DNA of 13,954 nt from a bacterium (lineage in GTDB: Bacteria > Hinthialibacterota > Hinthialibacteria > Hinthialibacterales > Hinthialibacteraceae), in NCBI GenBank assembly GCA_041946805.1, contig JBHGBC010000161.1:1-13954 (forward strand), in the 5' to 3' direction. The stretch's first letter is position 1. The number at the start of each line of letters is the position of its first letter. The notes below the pieces were generated by a model. It did no database searches. It saw only the letters and a list, made by a program, of their open reading frames with translations, and was not told the origin of the DNA. Positions 1 through 8,855 of the stretch are shown here, piece after piece. A program made the translations under genes and the position numbers.

Positions 1-59
1 CCATCCGCGAGGGCGGCCGCACCGTGGGCGCCGGCGTCGTCGCCGAAATCATCGAATAG
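1..59 (+). CDS. tuf: Elongation factor Tu, C-terminal end (partial, runs off the window start)
   Basis: The frame from position 3 reads IREGGRTVGAGVVAEIIE*, the canonical EF-Tu C-terminus, with TAG at 57-59. It lies directly upstream of rpsJ. Confidence 0.97.
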   Translation, partial: IREGGRTVGAGVVAEIIE

Positions 60-110
60 AAAATCACGAAACCGTTATCATCCCCACACGGATGAAAGTG
101 AAGATCAATC

Positions 111-428
111 ATGGCAGCTGAACGGCCCAATAAAATCCGGATTCGACTGAAAGCGTACGATTACCGCCTGCTCGATAACTCCACGGCGGAGATCGTGGAC
201 ACCGCCAAGCGGACCGGGGCCAAGATCATCGGCCCCATCCCCCTGCCGACCAAGATCTCCAAGTACACCGTGCTGCGCTCGCCGCACGTGGACAAAAAAT
301 CGCGGGAACAGTTTGAAATCCGTTCCCACAAGCGGCTGGTGGATATCATCGACTGGAGCCCGAAGACCATGGACGCCCTGACCCAGCTGGAACTGCCGGC
401 CGGCGTCCATGTCGAAATCAAACTGTAA
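111..428 (+). CDS. rpsJ: 30S ribosomal protein uS10
   Basis: Motifs [17 protein letters not shown] and [14 protein letters not shown]...HKRL; 105 aa. Confidence 0.99.
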   Translation: MAAERPNKIRIRLKAYDYRLLDNSTAEIVDTAKRTGAKIIGPIPLPTKISKYTVLRSPHVDKKSREQFEIRSHKRLVDIIDWSPKTMDALTQLELPAGVHVEIKL

Positions 429-474
429 GGACGGCAACCCGCGGAACCATCCCGCGGAAAGCACGGGTGTGATT

Positions 475-1125
475 ATGGTGAAATCAATACTGGGACGGAA
501 ACTGCGCATGACGCGGATGTTTACCAAGGACGGCAAGCAGATTCCCCTGACCGCCATCGCGGTCGGGCCCTGCCCCATCGTCCAGATCAAGACTCCGGCG
601 AAAGACGGCTACGCCGCCCTCCAGATCGGATTCCTCGATGCCAAGGAACAGGCCTTGACCCGGCCCCAGCAAGGCCATTTCGCGAAGGCCGGCGTCCCGC
701 CGTGCCGCGTCCTGCGCGAAATCCGGGTCGGCTCCACCGAGGGATTCGCCGTCGGCCAGACCCTCGACAGCTCCCTCTTCGAGGCGGGCGACCGCGTGGA
801 CGTCTCCGGCGTCAGCAAGGGCTGCGGATTTCAAGGCGGCGTCAAGCGCCACCACTGGAGCGGCGGCCGCATGACGCACGGCTCCATGTTTCACCGCGCC
901 ATCGGCTCCAACAGCCCTGGATCCGGCCAGAGCCGCCTGTTCAAGGGCAAGACGCTGCCGGGACACATGGGCCATGAGAAGGTGACCCTGCAGAACCTGG
1001 AAATCATCAAGGTGGACAAGTCCAACCACATCCTCTACGTCCGCGGGGGCGTCCCCGGCCCGGACGGCGGCATGGTCTTCGTCCGCGGCACAACCAAATC
1101 CAACCGAAAAAAATCGGTGGCTTAG
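475..1125 (+). CDS. rplC: 50S ribosomal protein uL3
   Basis: Motifs ILGRKLRMT, DGYAALQIG, VDVSGVSKGCGFQGGVKRH and PGHMG, plus GGVPGPDGG near the end. Start moved to ATG 475 (MVKSILG) because the ORF-track start at 409 overlaps rpsJ. Confidence 0.97.
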   Translation: MVKSILGRKLRMTRMFTKDGKQIPLTAIAVGPCPIVQIKTPAKDGYAALQIGFLDAKEQALTRPQQGHFAKAGVPPCRVLREIRVGSTEGFAVGQTLDSSLFEAGDRVDVSGVSKGCGFQGGVKRHHWSGGRMTHGSMFHRAIGSNSPGSGQSRLFKGKTLPGHMGHEKVTLQNLEIIKVDKSNHILYVRGGVPGPDGGMVFVRGTTKSNRKKSVA

Positions 1126-1136
1126 TGGATACTATC

Positions 1137-1787
1137 ATGGCTGTTTTCGATCTCTATAACATTCAAAACGAAGTGACGGGCGCCATCGAACTGGATGATT
1201 CCGTCTTCGCCGCCCCGGTCAACCCGGTTTTCCTCCACCAGGTGCTGGTCAGCTACCAGGCCAACCGGCGGCAGGGCACCGTCAAAACCAAAAGCCGCTG
1301 CGACATGACCGGCACGCACCGCAAACCGTTCCGGCAAAAAGGGACCGGACGCGCCCGCCAAGGATTCGCCCAGGCTCCCCAGTACCGCGGCGGCGCCACC
1401 CAATTTGGCCCCCAGCCCCGGTCGTACCGGAAAACCATCACCAAGAAAATGAAGCAGGAAGCCTTCCGCCAGTGCCTCTCGCTCAAGGCCAGCCGCGGCG
1501 AGTTCACTGTCCTCGGCGCCCTGCGGTTTGACGAGATCAAAACCCGCCAGGCCGCCGGCCTCCTCAAGGCGTTCGGGACCCAGGGCAAGGTGCTCTTCGT
1601 CGACGTCGAGCCCCAGGACAACGCGCTCCTCTCCATCCGCAACCTGGCCCGCGCCGAGCTGCTTTCCATCGGTTCCTGTTCCCCGTTCGATATTTTCACG
1701 GCCGACCGGATCTTCCTCACCCAAGCCGCGGCCGAACTGTATCAGCAACGCTACGCCCGGCAGGGAGGACCGCGCCATGAGTCATAA
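1137..1787 (+). CDS. rplD: 50S ribosomal protein uL4
   Basis: Motifs RRQGTVKTK, KPFRQKGTGRARQG, FGPQPR and LSIRNL. The likely start is ATG 1137; GTG 1125 is an alternative. Confidence 0.96.
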   Translation: MAVFDLYNIQNEVTGAIELDDSVFAAPVNPVFLHQVLVSYQANRRQGTVKTKSRCDMTGTHRKPFRQKGTGRARQGFAQAPQYRGGATQFGPQPRSYRKTITKKMKQEAFRQCLSLKASRGEFTVLGALRFDEIKTRQAAGLLKAFGTQGKVLFVDVEPQDNALLSIRNLARAELLSIGSCSPFDIFTADRIFLTQAAAELYQQRYARQGGPRHES

Positions 1788-2064
1788 ATTCGACATCGTC
1801 CGCGAAACCATTTTCACCGAACGCTCCACCGTCCTCGCGGAAAAGGAAAACACCTATACCTTCCGGGTTCTCGCCCGCGCCAACAAGTTGGAAATCAAGC
1901 AGGCGGTGGAAGCGGCGTTCCACGTCAAGGTCGCCGGCGTGCGGATCATCACCGTGCACCCCAAGCGCAAACTCGACCGCCAGCGCGGTATCACCGGCCG
2001 GTCTCCCGGCTACAAGAAAGCCATGGTCAAACTGGCCCAAGGCTATTCGATCGAATTCGCCTGA
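1777..2064 (+). CDS. rplW: 50S ribosomal protein uL23
   Basis: MSHKFDIVRETIFTERS...YTFRV...ANKLEIKQAVE...F.VKV...YKKAMVKL. SD GGAGG at 1764-1768; overlaps rplD by 11 nt; 95 aa. Confidence 0.96.
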   Translation: MSHKFDIVRETIFTERSTVLAEKENTYTFRVLARANKLEIKQAVEAAFHVKVAGVRIITVHPKRKLDRQRGITGRSPGYKKAMVKLAQGYSIEFA

Positions 2065-2091
2065 ATCCAGGGACCTAGGGAGTAAACGATA

Positions 2092-2925
2092 GTGGCTACC
2101 AAGAGATACAACCCCACCACGTCCACGCGCCGGTTCCAGGCGGTTTCCGCGTTCGAGGAAATCACCCGGTCCCGGCCCGAACGGAGCCTGGTTGAACCGC
2201 TTCCCAAAAAGGGCGGCCGCAACGCCCAGGGCCGGATCACCGTCCGCCATCACGGCGGCGGCGGCAAACGCCAGTACCGGATCATCGATTTCAAACGCAA
2301 CAAGGACGGCATCCCCGCCCGCGTCGCGGCCATCGAATACGATCCCAACCGGTCCGCCCGCGTCGCCCTGCTCAACTACGCCGACGGGGAAAAGCGCTAC
2401 ATCATCGCCCCCGATGGACTCGAGATCGGGGCGGAAGTGATGTCCGGCTCCGGCGCGCCCCACAAGGTCGGCAACTGCCTGCCGCTGCGCGAGATCCTCG
2501 ACGGCACCGTGGTCCACGCCTTGGAAATGAAGATCGGCAAGGGCGCCCAGATCGCCCGCTCCGCCGGCACCTCCATCCAGGTCATGGGCCGGGAAGGCGA
2601 TTACGCCCGGGTCAAGATGCCCTCCTCCGAGGTCCGCTTGATCCACGTCAACTGCCGCGCCACCATCGGCCAGACTTCCAATCCCGACCACGAGAACGTG
2701 GTCATCGGCAAGGCCGGCAAGACCCGCTGGCTGGGACGCCGGCCCCACGTGCGCGGCGTGGCCATGAACCCCGTCGACCACCCCCTGGGCGGCGGCGAGG
2801 GCAAATCGTCCGGCGGACGCCACCCCTGCACCCCCTGGGGCGTCCCCACCAAGGGATTCAAGACCCGGCGCAACAAACGCACCCGGAACATGATCGTCGA
2901 ACGGCGGCGCACCAAGAAACGCTAA
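2092..2925 (+). CDS. rplB: 50S ribosomal protein uL2
   Basis: GTG start. Motifs [24 protein letters not shown] and [17 protein letters not shown]; 277 aa. Confidence 0.99.
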   Translation: MATKRYNPTTSTRRFQAVSAFEEITRSRPERSLVEPLPKKGGRNAQGRITVRHHGGGGKRQYRIIDFKRNKDGIPARVAAIEYDPNRSARVALLNYADGEKRYIIAPDGLEIGAEVMSGSGAPHKVGNCLPLREILDGTVVHALEMKIGKGAQIARSAGTSIQVMGREGDYARVKMPSSEVRLIHVNCRATIGQTSNPDHENVVIGKAGKTRWLGRRPHVRGVAMNPVDHPLGGGEGKSSGGRHPCTPWGVPTKGFKTRRNKRTRNMIVERRRTKKR

Positions 2926-2943
2926 GGAAAATAGGTCAGGATT

Positions 2944-3228
2944 ATGGGAAGGTCACTCAAAAAAGGACCCAATATCGATGAGCGCCTCATGCGGCGCATC
3001 CAGGTCATGAATGAACGCAACGAGAAGAAGGTCGTCCGCACCTGGTCGCGGGATTGCACCGTCGTCCCCGACATGATCGGACACACCATCGCCGTTCACA
3101 ACGGACGCAAATTCGTCCCCGTGTTTTTGACGGAAAACATGGTCGGGCACAAACTGGGGGAATTTTCCCCCACCCGCACCTTCAAGAGCCACGGGGGCAA
3201 AACCGCCCGGACCATGCGGCTGAAATAG
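2944..3228 (+). CDS. rpsS: 30S ribosomal protein uS19
   Basis: Motifs [20 protein letters not shown] and [13 protein letters not shown]. Confidence 0.99.
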   Translation: MGRSLKKGPNIDERLMRRIQVMNERNEKKVVRTWSRDCTVVPDMIGHTIAVHNGRKFVPVFLTENMVGHKLGEFSPTRTFKSHGGKTARTMRLK

Positions 3229-3241
3229 GAGAACGCGCGCC

Positions 3242-3586
3242 ATGGCTACTCACGCCCAACTTCGCTACTGCCGGATGTCCGCCCGCAAACTGCGCCTGGT
3301 GGCGGACGCCATCCGCGGCAAGAACTACGAGGAGGCGCTGGCCATCCTCAAGTTCCTGCCCAAACGCAAGGCGGCCGGCGTCTTCACCAAACTGCTGATG
3401 TCGGCGGCGGCCAACGCCGAGGAAACCACCGAGTTCGCCCCGGATGAATTGGTCGTCCGCAAAGTGTTCGTCGACGGCGCCCGGATGCTCAAGCGCTTCC
3501 GCCCCGCTCCCATGGGCCGCGCCCACCGCGTCCGCAAGCGCATGAGCCATATCACCGTGGAACTGGGCTTACCCTCGGGACGGTAA
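3242..3586 (+). CDS. rplV: 50S ribosomal protein uL22
   Basis: Motifs [21 protein letters not shown] and [27 protein letters not shown] upstream. Confidence 0.98.
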   Translation: MATHAQLRYCRMSARKLRLVADAIRGKNYEEALAILKFLPKRKAAGVFTKLLMSAAANAEETTEFAPDELVVRKVFVDGARMLKRFRPAPMGRAHRVRKRMSHITVELGLPSGR

Positions 3587-3617
3587 CCCGTATTCTCTAC
3601 GAAATCGAGGAACGATC

Positions 3618-4280
3618 GTGGGACAGAAAGTTCATCCGTATGGCTTCCGGGTCGGTATCTTCCGGAACTGGAAATCCCGCTGGTACGCGGAAAAAGACTA
3701 CGCCGGGCTTCTGCATGAGGATCTCAAGATCCGCGAGGCCATCAAACAGCGCCTTTTCCACGCCGGCATCAGCGAGGTCGAAATCGAGCGCTTCACCCAG
3801 CGGATGCGCATCAACATCTACGCCGCCCGCCCGGGCATCATCATCGGACGCAAGGGGGTCGAGGTCGAACGCCTCAAAAAACTGCTCAACAGCATGACCG
3901 ACCGGCAGATCCACATCAACATCCGCGAGATCAAGCACCCCGAGCTCGACGCGCAACTCCAGGCCGAAAGCATCGCGCTGCAACTCGAACGCCGCGTCTC
4001 CTTCCGCCGCGCCATGAAACGCGCCCAGCAGGCCACCATGCAGATCGGCGCCCTGGGCATCAAGGTCATGGTCGCCGGACGCCTCGGGGGCGCGGAAATG
4101 TCCCGCACCGAATGGTACCGCGAGGGACGCGTGCCCCTCCACACCCTCCGCGCCGACGTCGACTACGGCTTCGCCGAGGCGCGCACCACGTACGGGCGCA
4201 TCGGCGTCAAGGTCTGGATCTACAAGGGCGAACTCTCGTCCCTGCACCCCCTCGAACCAAAACAGGAGGTCGCTTCCTGA
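3618..4280 (+). CDS. rpsC: 30S ribosomal protein uS3
   Basis: GTG start. Motifs [13 protein letters not shown]-domain [28 protein letters not shown] and [10 protein letters not shown]. Confidence 0.99.
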   Translation: MGQKVHPYGFRVGIFRNWKSRWYAEKDYAGLLHEDLKIREAIKQRLFHAGISEVEIERFTQRMRINIYAARPGIIIGRKGVEVERLKKLLNSMTDRQIHINIREIKHPELDAQLQAESIALQLERRVSFRRAMKRAQQATMQIGALGIKVMVAGRLGGAEMSRTEWYREGRVPLHTLRADVDYGFAEARTTYGRIGVKVWIYKGELSSLHPLEPKQEVAS

Positions 4281-4696
4281 TGTTAATGCCCGCTCGTGAA
4301 AAATTCCGCAAGGTCCACCGCGGCAACCGCCGCGGGACCGCCTGCCGCGGCAACCAGGTCAGCTTCGGCGACTACGGGCTCAAAGCCGTCACCGGCGGCT
4401 GGATCACCGCCCGCCAGATCGAGGCCGTCCGCGTCACCGTCAACCGCTACGTCAAGCGCCGCGGCAAGGTCTGGATCCGCGTGTTTCCCCATAAGCCCGT
4501 CACCGCCAAACCGGCGGAAACCCGCATGGGCGGCGGCAAGGGCGCCCCGGAAATGCACATCGCGGTGATCAAGCCCGGCCACGTCATGTTTGAACTGGGC
4601 GGGGTCCCCGAAAACGTCGCGCGCGAAGCCTTCCGCCTGGCGGGTTACAAACTCCCCATCCAGGTGCGCTTCACCTCCCGCGACGAGACCCTGTAA
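4280..4696 (+). CDS. rplP: 50S ribosomal protein uL16
   Basis: ATG overlaps the rpsC stop (TGATG) and has an SD AGGAGGT upstream. Motifs [28 protein letters not shown] and ETRMGGGKG; 138 aa. Confidence 0.98.
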   Translation: MLMPAREKFRKVHRGNRRGTACRGNQVSFGDYGLKAVTGGWITARQIEAVRVTVNRYVKRRGKVWIRVFPHKPVTAKPAETRMGGGKGAPEMHIAVIKPGHVMFELGGVPENVAREAFRLAGYKLPIQVRFTSRDETL

Positions 4697-4707
4697 GGAG
4701 AGGAACC

Positions 4708-4914
4708 ATGAAGGCGGACGATTTTCGTTCTCTTACGGTGGCCGATCTGGACGCCCGCATCACGGAAATGAAGAGGGAACTCTTCAACTACCGGATGCAA
4801 CTGCACTCCAATCAGCTGTCCAACACCAACAAAATCCGCTTCACCAAGCGCAATATCGCCCGTGCGCTGAGCGTGCGGCACGAAAAAACCCAAGCGGCGG
4901 AGACCCAGTCATGA
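4708..4914 (+). CDS. rpmC: 50S ribosomal protein uL29
   Basis: [10 protein letters not shown]...ELFNYRMQ...[15 protein letters not shown]. Lies between rplP and rpsQ; SD AAGGAG. Confidence 0.95.
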   Translation: MKADDFRSLTVADLDARITEMKRELFNYRMQLHSNQLSNTNKIRFTKRNIARALSVRHEKTQAAETQS

Positions 4915-5180
4915 CGGAAAAGGCCCAGTCCCAACGCAAAATCCGCGAAGGCATCGTCGTCAGCACGGCCATGCGCAAGACCGTCGTCGTTCAACTCGAA
5001 CGGCTGGTCCGCCATCCCCAGTACGGAAAAACCGTGCGGCGCCTCAAAAAAGTCAAGGTCCACGACGAAACCGGCGCCTGCACCGTGGGCGACCTGGTCC
5101 GCATCGAGGAAACCCGCCCCCTCAGCCGCGAAAAACGCTGGCGTTACATCGAGACGATCCGCAAGGCCGTCGTTGTCTGA
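4911..5180 (+). CDS. rpsQ: 30S ribosomal protein uS17
   Basis: ATGA overlap with rpmC. Motifs [27 protein letters not shown] and [17 protein letters not shown]; 89 aa. Confidence 0.98.
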   Translation: MTEKAQSQRKIREGIVVSTAMRKTVVVQLERLVRHPQYGKTVRRLKKVKVHDETGACTVGDLVRIEETRPLSREKRWRYIETIRKAVVV

Positions 5181-5202
5181 ACGGCCGCGGTGGAGGTGAA
5201 TT

Positions 5203-5571
5203 GTGATTCAGGAATATACCTGGCTGGCGGTGGCCGATAACTCCGGCGCCCGCAAAATCATGTGCTTCAAGGTCCTCGGCGGCAGCAAACGGCGCTACGC
5301 CACGGTCGGCGACATCATTGTGGCCAGCGTCAAGGAGGCCATTCCCGAAGCCAACGTCAAGAAGGGCGCGGTCGTCAAGGCGGTGATCGTCCGGACGGTC
5401 AAGGAAATCCAACGCCCCGACGGCTCGGCCATCCGCTTCGACAACAACGCCGCCGTGCTGATCAACGACGCGGGCGACCCCATCGGCACCCGCATCTTCG
5501 GCCCCGTCGCCCGCGAACTGCGCGAGAAGAAATTCATGAAGATCATCTCGCTCGCTCCGGAGGTGCTGTGA
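5203..5571 (+). CDS. rplN: 50S ribosomal protein uL14
   Basis: GTG start with SD GGAGGT. Motifs [29 protein letters not shown] and SLAPEVL. Confidence 0.99.
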   Translation: MIQEYTWLAVADNSGARKIMCFKVLGGSKRRYATVGDIIVASVKEAIPEANVKKGAVVKAVIVRTVKEIQRPDGSAIRFDNNAAVLINDAGDPIGTRIFGPVARELREKKFMKIISLAPEVL

Positions 5572-5801
5572 TGGAACGCATCCGTCTCAAGAAAGGCGAC
5601 CTGGTCGAGGTCATCACCGGCGACGACCGCGGCAAAACCGGCAAGATCCTGCGGATCGACCGCCAACGCGGACGCCTCACCGTGCAGGGCGTCAACATGA
5701 TCAAGAAACACAAGAAACGCAACCCCCAGGCCAACCAGCCCGGCGGCATCATCGAGCACGAAGGCTTTATCCATCCCTCCAACGTGCGGTTGGTGAAATA
5801 A
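5571..5801 (+). CDS. rplX: 50S ribosomal protein uL24 (short, 76 aa)
   Basis: TGATG overlap with rplN. KOW motif [20 protein letters not shown], then V.GVNM.KKH and [15 protein letters not shown]; stops 4 residues after SNV. Confidence 0.96.
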   Translation: MERIRLKKGDLVEVITGDDRGKTGKILRIDRQRGRLTVQGVNMIKKHKKRNPQANQPGGIIEHEGFIHPSNVRLVK

Positions 5802-5817
5802 CACGAGAGAGACCACC

Positions 5818-6441
5818 ATGGCGGACAAGAAAGACGTCAAGAAAGACAAGGAAAAGACCCCCAAATCCGAACAGACGCTCCTGGCCGGGGTCCCGGGCTA
5901 TAAACCCCGCCTCGCCACCGAGTACCGGGAACGCATCGTCCCCGAAATGATGAAGCAGTTCGGCTACCGGAACGTCATGCAGGTCCCCCGGCTCGTCAAG
6001 ATCGTCCTCAACATGGGCATCGGCGAGGCCAGCCGCGACGCGAAACTGCTGGAAACCCTGAAAGTGAACCTGGCCACCCTCGCCGGCCAGCAGCCGGTCA
6101 TCACCAAGGCCAAGAAATCCGTCGCCAACTTCAAGATCCGCGAGGGCATGCCGGTCGGCTGCATGGTCTCCCTGCGCCACGCCCGCATGTACGACTTCCT
6201 GGACCGGTTCGTGAACATCTGCATCCCCCGCATCCGCGACTTCCGGGGCCTCTCGCCCCGCTCCTTCGACGGACGCGGGAACTACGCCCTGGGCGTCGAC
6301 GAACAATCCATCTTCCCCGAAATCCATTACGACGACATCCCCAAGGTCCAGGGCATGGATATCGTGTTCGTCACCACCGCGAAAACCGACGAGGAAGCGT
6401 TGTCCCTGTTGAAACTGTTCGGAATGCCGTTCCGGAACTAG
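5818..6441 (+). CDS. rplE: 50S ribosomal protein uL5 (N-terminally extended)
   Basis: Motifs [52 protein letters not shown] and GMDI; 207 aa. Confidence 0.98.
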   Translation: MADKKDVKKDKEKTPKSEQTLLAGVPGYKPRLATEYRERIVPEMMKQFGYRNVMQVPRLVKIVLNMGIGEASRDAKLLETLKVNLATLAGQQPVITKAKKSVANFKIREGMPVGCMVSLRHARMYDFLDRFVNICIPRIRDFRGLSPRSFDGRGNYALGVDEQSIFPEIHYDDIPKVQGMDIVFVTTAKTDEEALSLLKLFGMPFRN

Positions 6442-6455
6442 ACGAGGAGAATTTC

Positions 6456-6641
6456 ATGGCGAAGACCAGCCTCATTGTCAAGGCCTCACGGCCCCAACGA
6501 TTCAAGGTGCGCGAATACAACCGCTGCCAGCGGTGCGGACGTCCCCGCGGCTACTACCGCAAGTTCCACCTCTGCCGGGTGTGTTTGCGCAAACTGGCCC
6601 TCCAGGGCTACATCCCCGGCATGACCAAGGCCAGCTGGTAA
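6456..6641 (+). CDS. rpsN: 30S ribosomal protein uS14, zinc-binding (type Z, C+) form
   Basis: 61 aa with CQRC...CRVC and ending [16 protein letters not shown]. Often annotated rpsZ. Confidence 0.98.
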   Translation: MAKTSLIVKASRPQRFKVREYNRCQRCGRPRGYYRKFHLCRVCLRKLALQGYIPGMTKASW

Positions 6642-6697
6642 CGGCCATCCGGACGGATTGTCCACGAAATTTGAGGTAACACGAAGGAGCAGGCGCC

Positions 6698-7096
6698 ATG
6701 CCGACCACCGATCCGATCGCGGATTTGCTCACCCGCATCCGCAACGCCAACCTGGCGAAAAAGGAAAAACTGGATGTCCCCGCCTCCAAGATGAAGCAGG
6801 GCATCGTCGAAATCCTCAAGCGCGAGGGCTACATCCGCAGCTACCGCATCGTCGATGAAAAAGGCCACAAGAACCTGCGGATCTACCTCAAATACGGCCC
6901 CAAGCAGGAACGGGTCATCACCCGCCTGGAGCGCGTCAGCAAACCCAGCGTGCGGCGCTACGCCGGCAAGGACAGCATCCCCAAAATCATCAACGGCCTG
7001 GGGATCGCCATCCTCTCCACCTCGCGCGGCCTCCTGACCGACCGCGAGGCCCGGCAACAAGGCGTCGGCGGCGAGATTCTCTGCTGTATCTATTGA
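6698..7096 (+). CDS. rpsH: 30S ribosomal protein uS8
   Basis: Motifs [43 protein letters not shown] and GVGGE. SD AAGGAG. Confidence 0.99.
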   Translation: MPTTDPIADLLTRIRNANLAKKEKLDVPASKMKQGIVEILKREGYIRSYRIVDEKGHKNLRIYLKYGPKQERVITRLERVSKPSVRRYAGKDSIPKIINGLGIAILSTSRGLLTDREARQQGVGGEILCCIY

Positions 7097-7103
7097 CCAC
7101 TAC

Positions 7104-7120
7104 CCGGTCTTCGGAACCGG
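7104..7120 (+). other. Intergenic stem-loop with a cUUCGg tetraloop
   Basis: CCGGT-C-TTCG-G-(A bulge)-ACCGG between rpsH and rplF. There is no U-tract, so it is not a terminator. Confidence 0.5.
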
Positions 7121-7137
7121 ACGCGAAAAGGATTGCC

Positions 7138-7674
7138 ATGTCACGAGTCGGACGTCAGCCCATACCCATCCCCTCCGGAGTCCAGGTCCACATCCAGGAC
7201 CGCACGGTCTCCGTCCAGGGCCAGAAAGGACAACTGGAATTCACCGTGCCCGCGCCCATCACCGTGCGCGCGGAAGAAGGCCGGTTGGTGGTCGAACGCC
7301 CCGACGACGGCCGCCTCAACCGCGCCCTGCACGGCACCAGCCGCGCCCTCCTGGCCAACCTGGTCAAAGGTGTTTCCGAAGGCTTCGTGCGCAAACTCGA
7401 AATCAACGGCGTGGGCTACCGCGCTTCCGTCCAGGGCAACGCCCTGAACCTGGAACTCGGTTACTCCCACCCCGTCAAGTACGATCTGCCCGCGGGCGTT
7501 TCCGCCGAAGTGGAAAAAAACGTGCAAATCACCCTCCGGGGCATCGATAAGCACCTGCTCGGTGAAGTCGCGGCCAAAATCCGCTCCTTCCGCCCTCCCG
7601 AACCGTATAAAGGGAAGGGCGTCAAATACGCGGAAGAACATATCCGCCGCAAGGTCGGCAAGAAAAACGTCTGA
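7138..7674 (+). CDS. rplF: 50S ribosomal protein uL6
   Basis: Motifs MSRVGRQPI.IPSGV, ALHGT.RAL, GVGYRA, LGYSHP and RPPEPYKGKGVKY. Start set at ATG 7138; 178 aa. Confidence 0.98.
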   Translation: MSRVGRQPIPIPSGVQVHIQDRTVSVQGQKGQLEFTVPAPITVRAEEGRLVVERPDDGRLNRALHGTSRALLANLVKGVSEGFVRKLEINGVGYRASVQGNALNLELGYSHPVKYDLPAGVSAEVEKNVQITLRGIDKHLLGEVAAKIRSFRPPEPYKGKGVKYAEEHIRRKVGKKNV

Positions 7675-7713
7675 TCCTCCCCCGGGGAGCGATCGGCTGA
7701 ATAGGTTGGCACC

Positions 7714-8076
7714 ATGAAAAGCAAACTCGTTAGTCGCTTGCAAAGACACCGCCGAGTCCGCAAAATCATCCGCGGCACCGCCGAACGGCCGCGCCTGGCC
7801 GTCTTCCGCAGCGCCCGGCACATCTATGTCCAGGCCATCGACGACGCCGCCGGCCGCACCCTGGCCGCCGCCTCGAGCCTCATGAGCGGACTCCCGGCCA
7901 TCGAAGGGGAATTGACCGCCAAGAAGAAAACGGCCAAGGCCGTCGGCCGCCTGATCGCCCAGCAATTGATCGAGAAGGGAATCTCCCGCGCCGTCTTCGA
8001 CCGCGGGGGCTTCCTCTACCACGGCCGCGTCGCCTGCCTGGCCGAGGGGGCCCGCGAAGCCGGGCTGCACATTTAA
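7714..8076 (+). CDS. rplR: 50S ribosomal protein uL18
   Basis: Motifs [24 protein letters not shown] and [23 protein letters not shown]. Confidence 0.98.
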   Translation: MKSKLVSRLQRHRRVRKIIRGTAERPRLAVFRSARHIYVQAIDDAAGRTLAAASSLMSGLPAIEGELTAKKKTAKAVGRLIAQQLIEKGISRAVFDRGGFLYHGRVACLAEGAREAGLHI

Positions 8077-8113
8077 CCGCTAACCGCGGCGCGCCGCGCG
8101 AGGATCGAAAACC

Positions 8114-8632
8114 ATGGTAGAAGTCTACAACGTCGAGAAATCCAGACGGGACAAAGAACCCGAACTGAAGGAACGCGTCATCCACGTCAACCGCGTCGAC
8201 AAGGTCGTCAAGGGCGGGCGCCGCTTCAGCTTCAGCGCCCTCGTGGTGGTCGGCGACGGCAAGGGATCGGTGGGTCTCGGCTACGGCAAGGCCAGCGAGG
8301 TCTCCAGCGCCATCCGCAAATCCATCGAACACGCCAAGAAAAACATCTTCCTGATCCCCCTGGCCGGCAACACCATCCCCCACGAGATCTTCATCGAAAA
8401 GGGAGCCGCCAAGATCCTCATGAAACCCGCCAGCCGCGGAACCGGCGTCATCGCCGGCGGCGCCATCCGCGCCATCTTCGAAGTGGCCGGCGTCAAGGAT
8501 ATCCTGGCCAAGTCCCTGGGCACCAGCAACCTGCTCAACGTCGCCAAGGCCACCGTGGTGGGACTCCAGTCCCTGCGCAACCTCGAGGCGGTCGCCAAAC
8601 TGCGCGGCAAAGATCCCAAGGAGATTCTGTGA
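8114..8632 (+). CDS. rpsE: 30S ribosomal protein uS5
   Basis: Motifs [40 protein letters not shown] and KSLGT.N. Confidence 0.99.
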   Translation: MVEVYNVEKSRRDKEPELKERVIHVNRVDKVVKGGRRFSFSALVVVGDGKGSVGLGYGKASEVSSAIRKSIEHAKKNIFLIPLAGNTIPHEIFIEKGAAKILMKPASRGTGVIAGGAIRAIFEVAGVKDILAKSLGTSNLLNVAKATVVGLQSLRNLEAVAKLRGKDPKEIL

Positions 8633-8634
8633 TC

Positions 8635-8823
8635 ATGGCCAAGAAACTCGCCGTCACCTTGCGCCGGAGCGTCATCGGCAAGATCCCCCGCCACCGCGGA
8701 ACCATCAAGGCCCTCGGCCTCCGTCGGCTCCACCAGACCGTCCTCCTCCCCGACACCCCCGCCGTCCGCGGCATGGTCAAGTCGGTGGAGTTCATGGTCC
8801 ATGTGCGCGAATGCGACGAATAA
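8635..8823 (+). CDS. rpmD: 50S ribosomal protein uL30
   Basis: Motifs VTLRRSVIG, TIKALGLRR and DTPAVRGM. Start at ATG 8635 (GTG 8629 is an alternative); AAGGAG lies upstream inside the rpsE end. Confidence 0.97.
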   Translation: MAKKLAVTLRRSVIGKIPRHRGTIKALGLRRLHQTVLLPDTPAVRGMVKSVEFMVHVRECDE

Positions 8824-8855
8824 CCTCTCCCGTCACGGGAAGGGAGTGAACGATC

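Noticed and set aside
409..474. ORF-track N-terminal extensions of rplC (also rplW from 1528, rplP 4112, rpsQ 4590, rplX 5262, rplF 7093, infA 11520)
   Set aside because: These are longest-ORF artefacts. Family similarity and SD or overlap positions support the downstream starts.
5799..5903. Possible stop read-through or frameshift restoring the uL24 tail
   Set aside because: The downstream in-frame sequence and the uL5-extension frame do not resemble the uL24 C-terminus, and no slippery site is evident.
105..8802. Numerous other minus-strand and alternate-frame ORFs (e.g. 1717-2823, 3597-4247, 7141-8070)
   Set aside because: All overlap unambiguous ribosomal-protein genes and have the composition typical of GC-rich off-frame translations.
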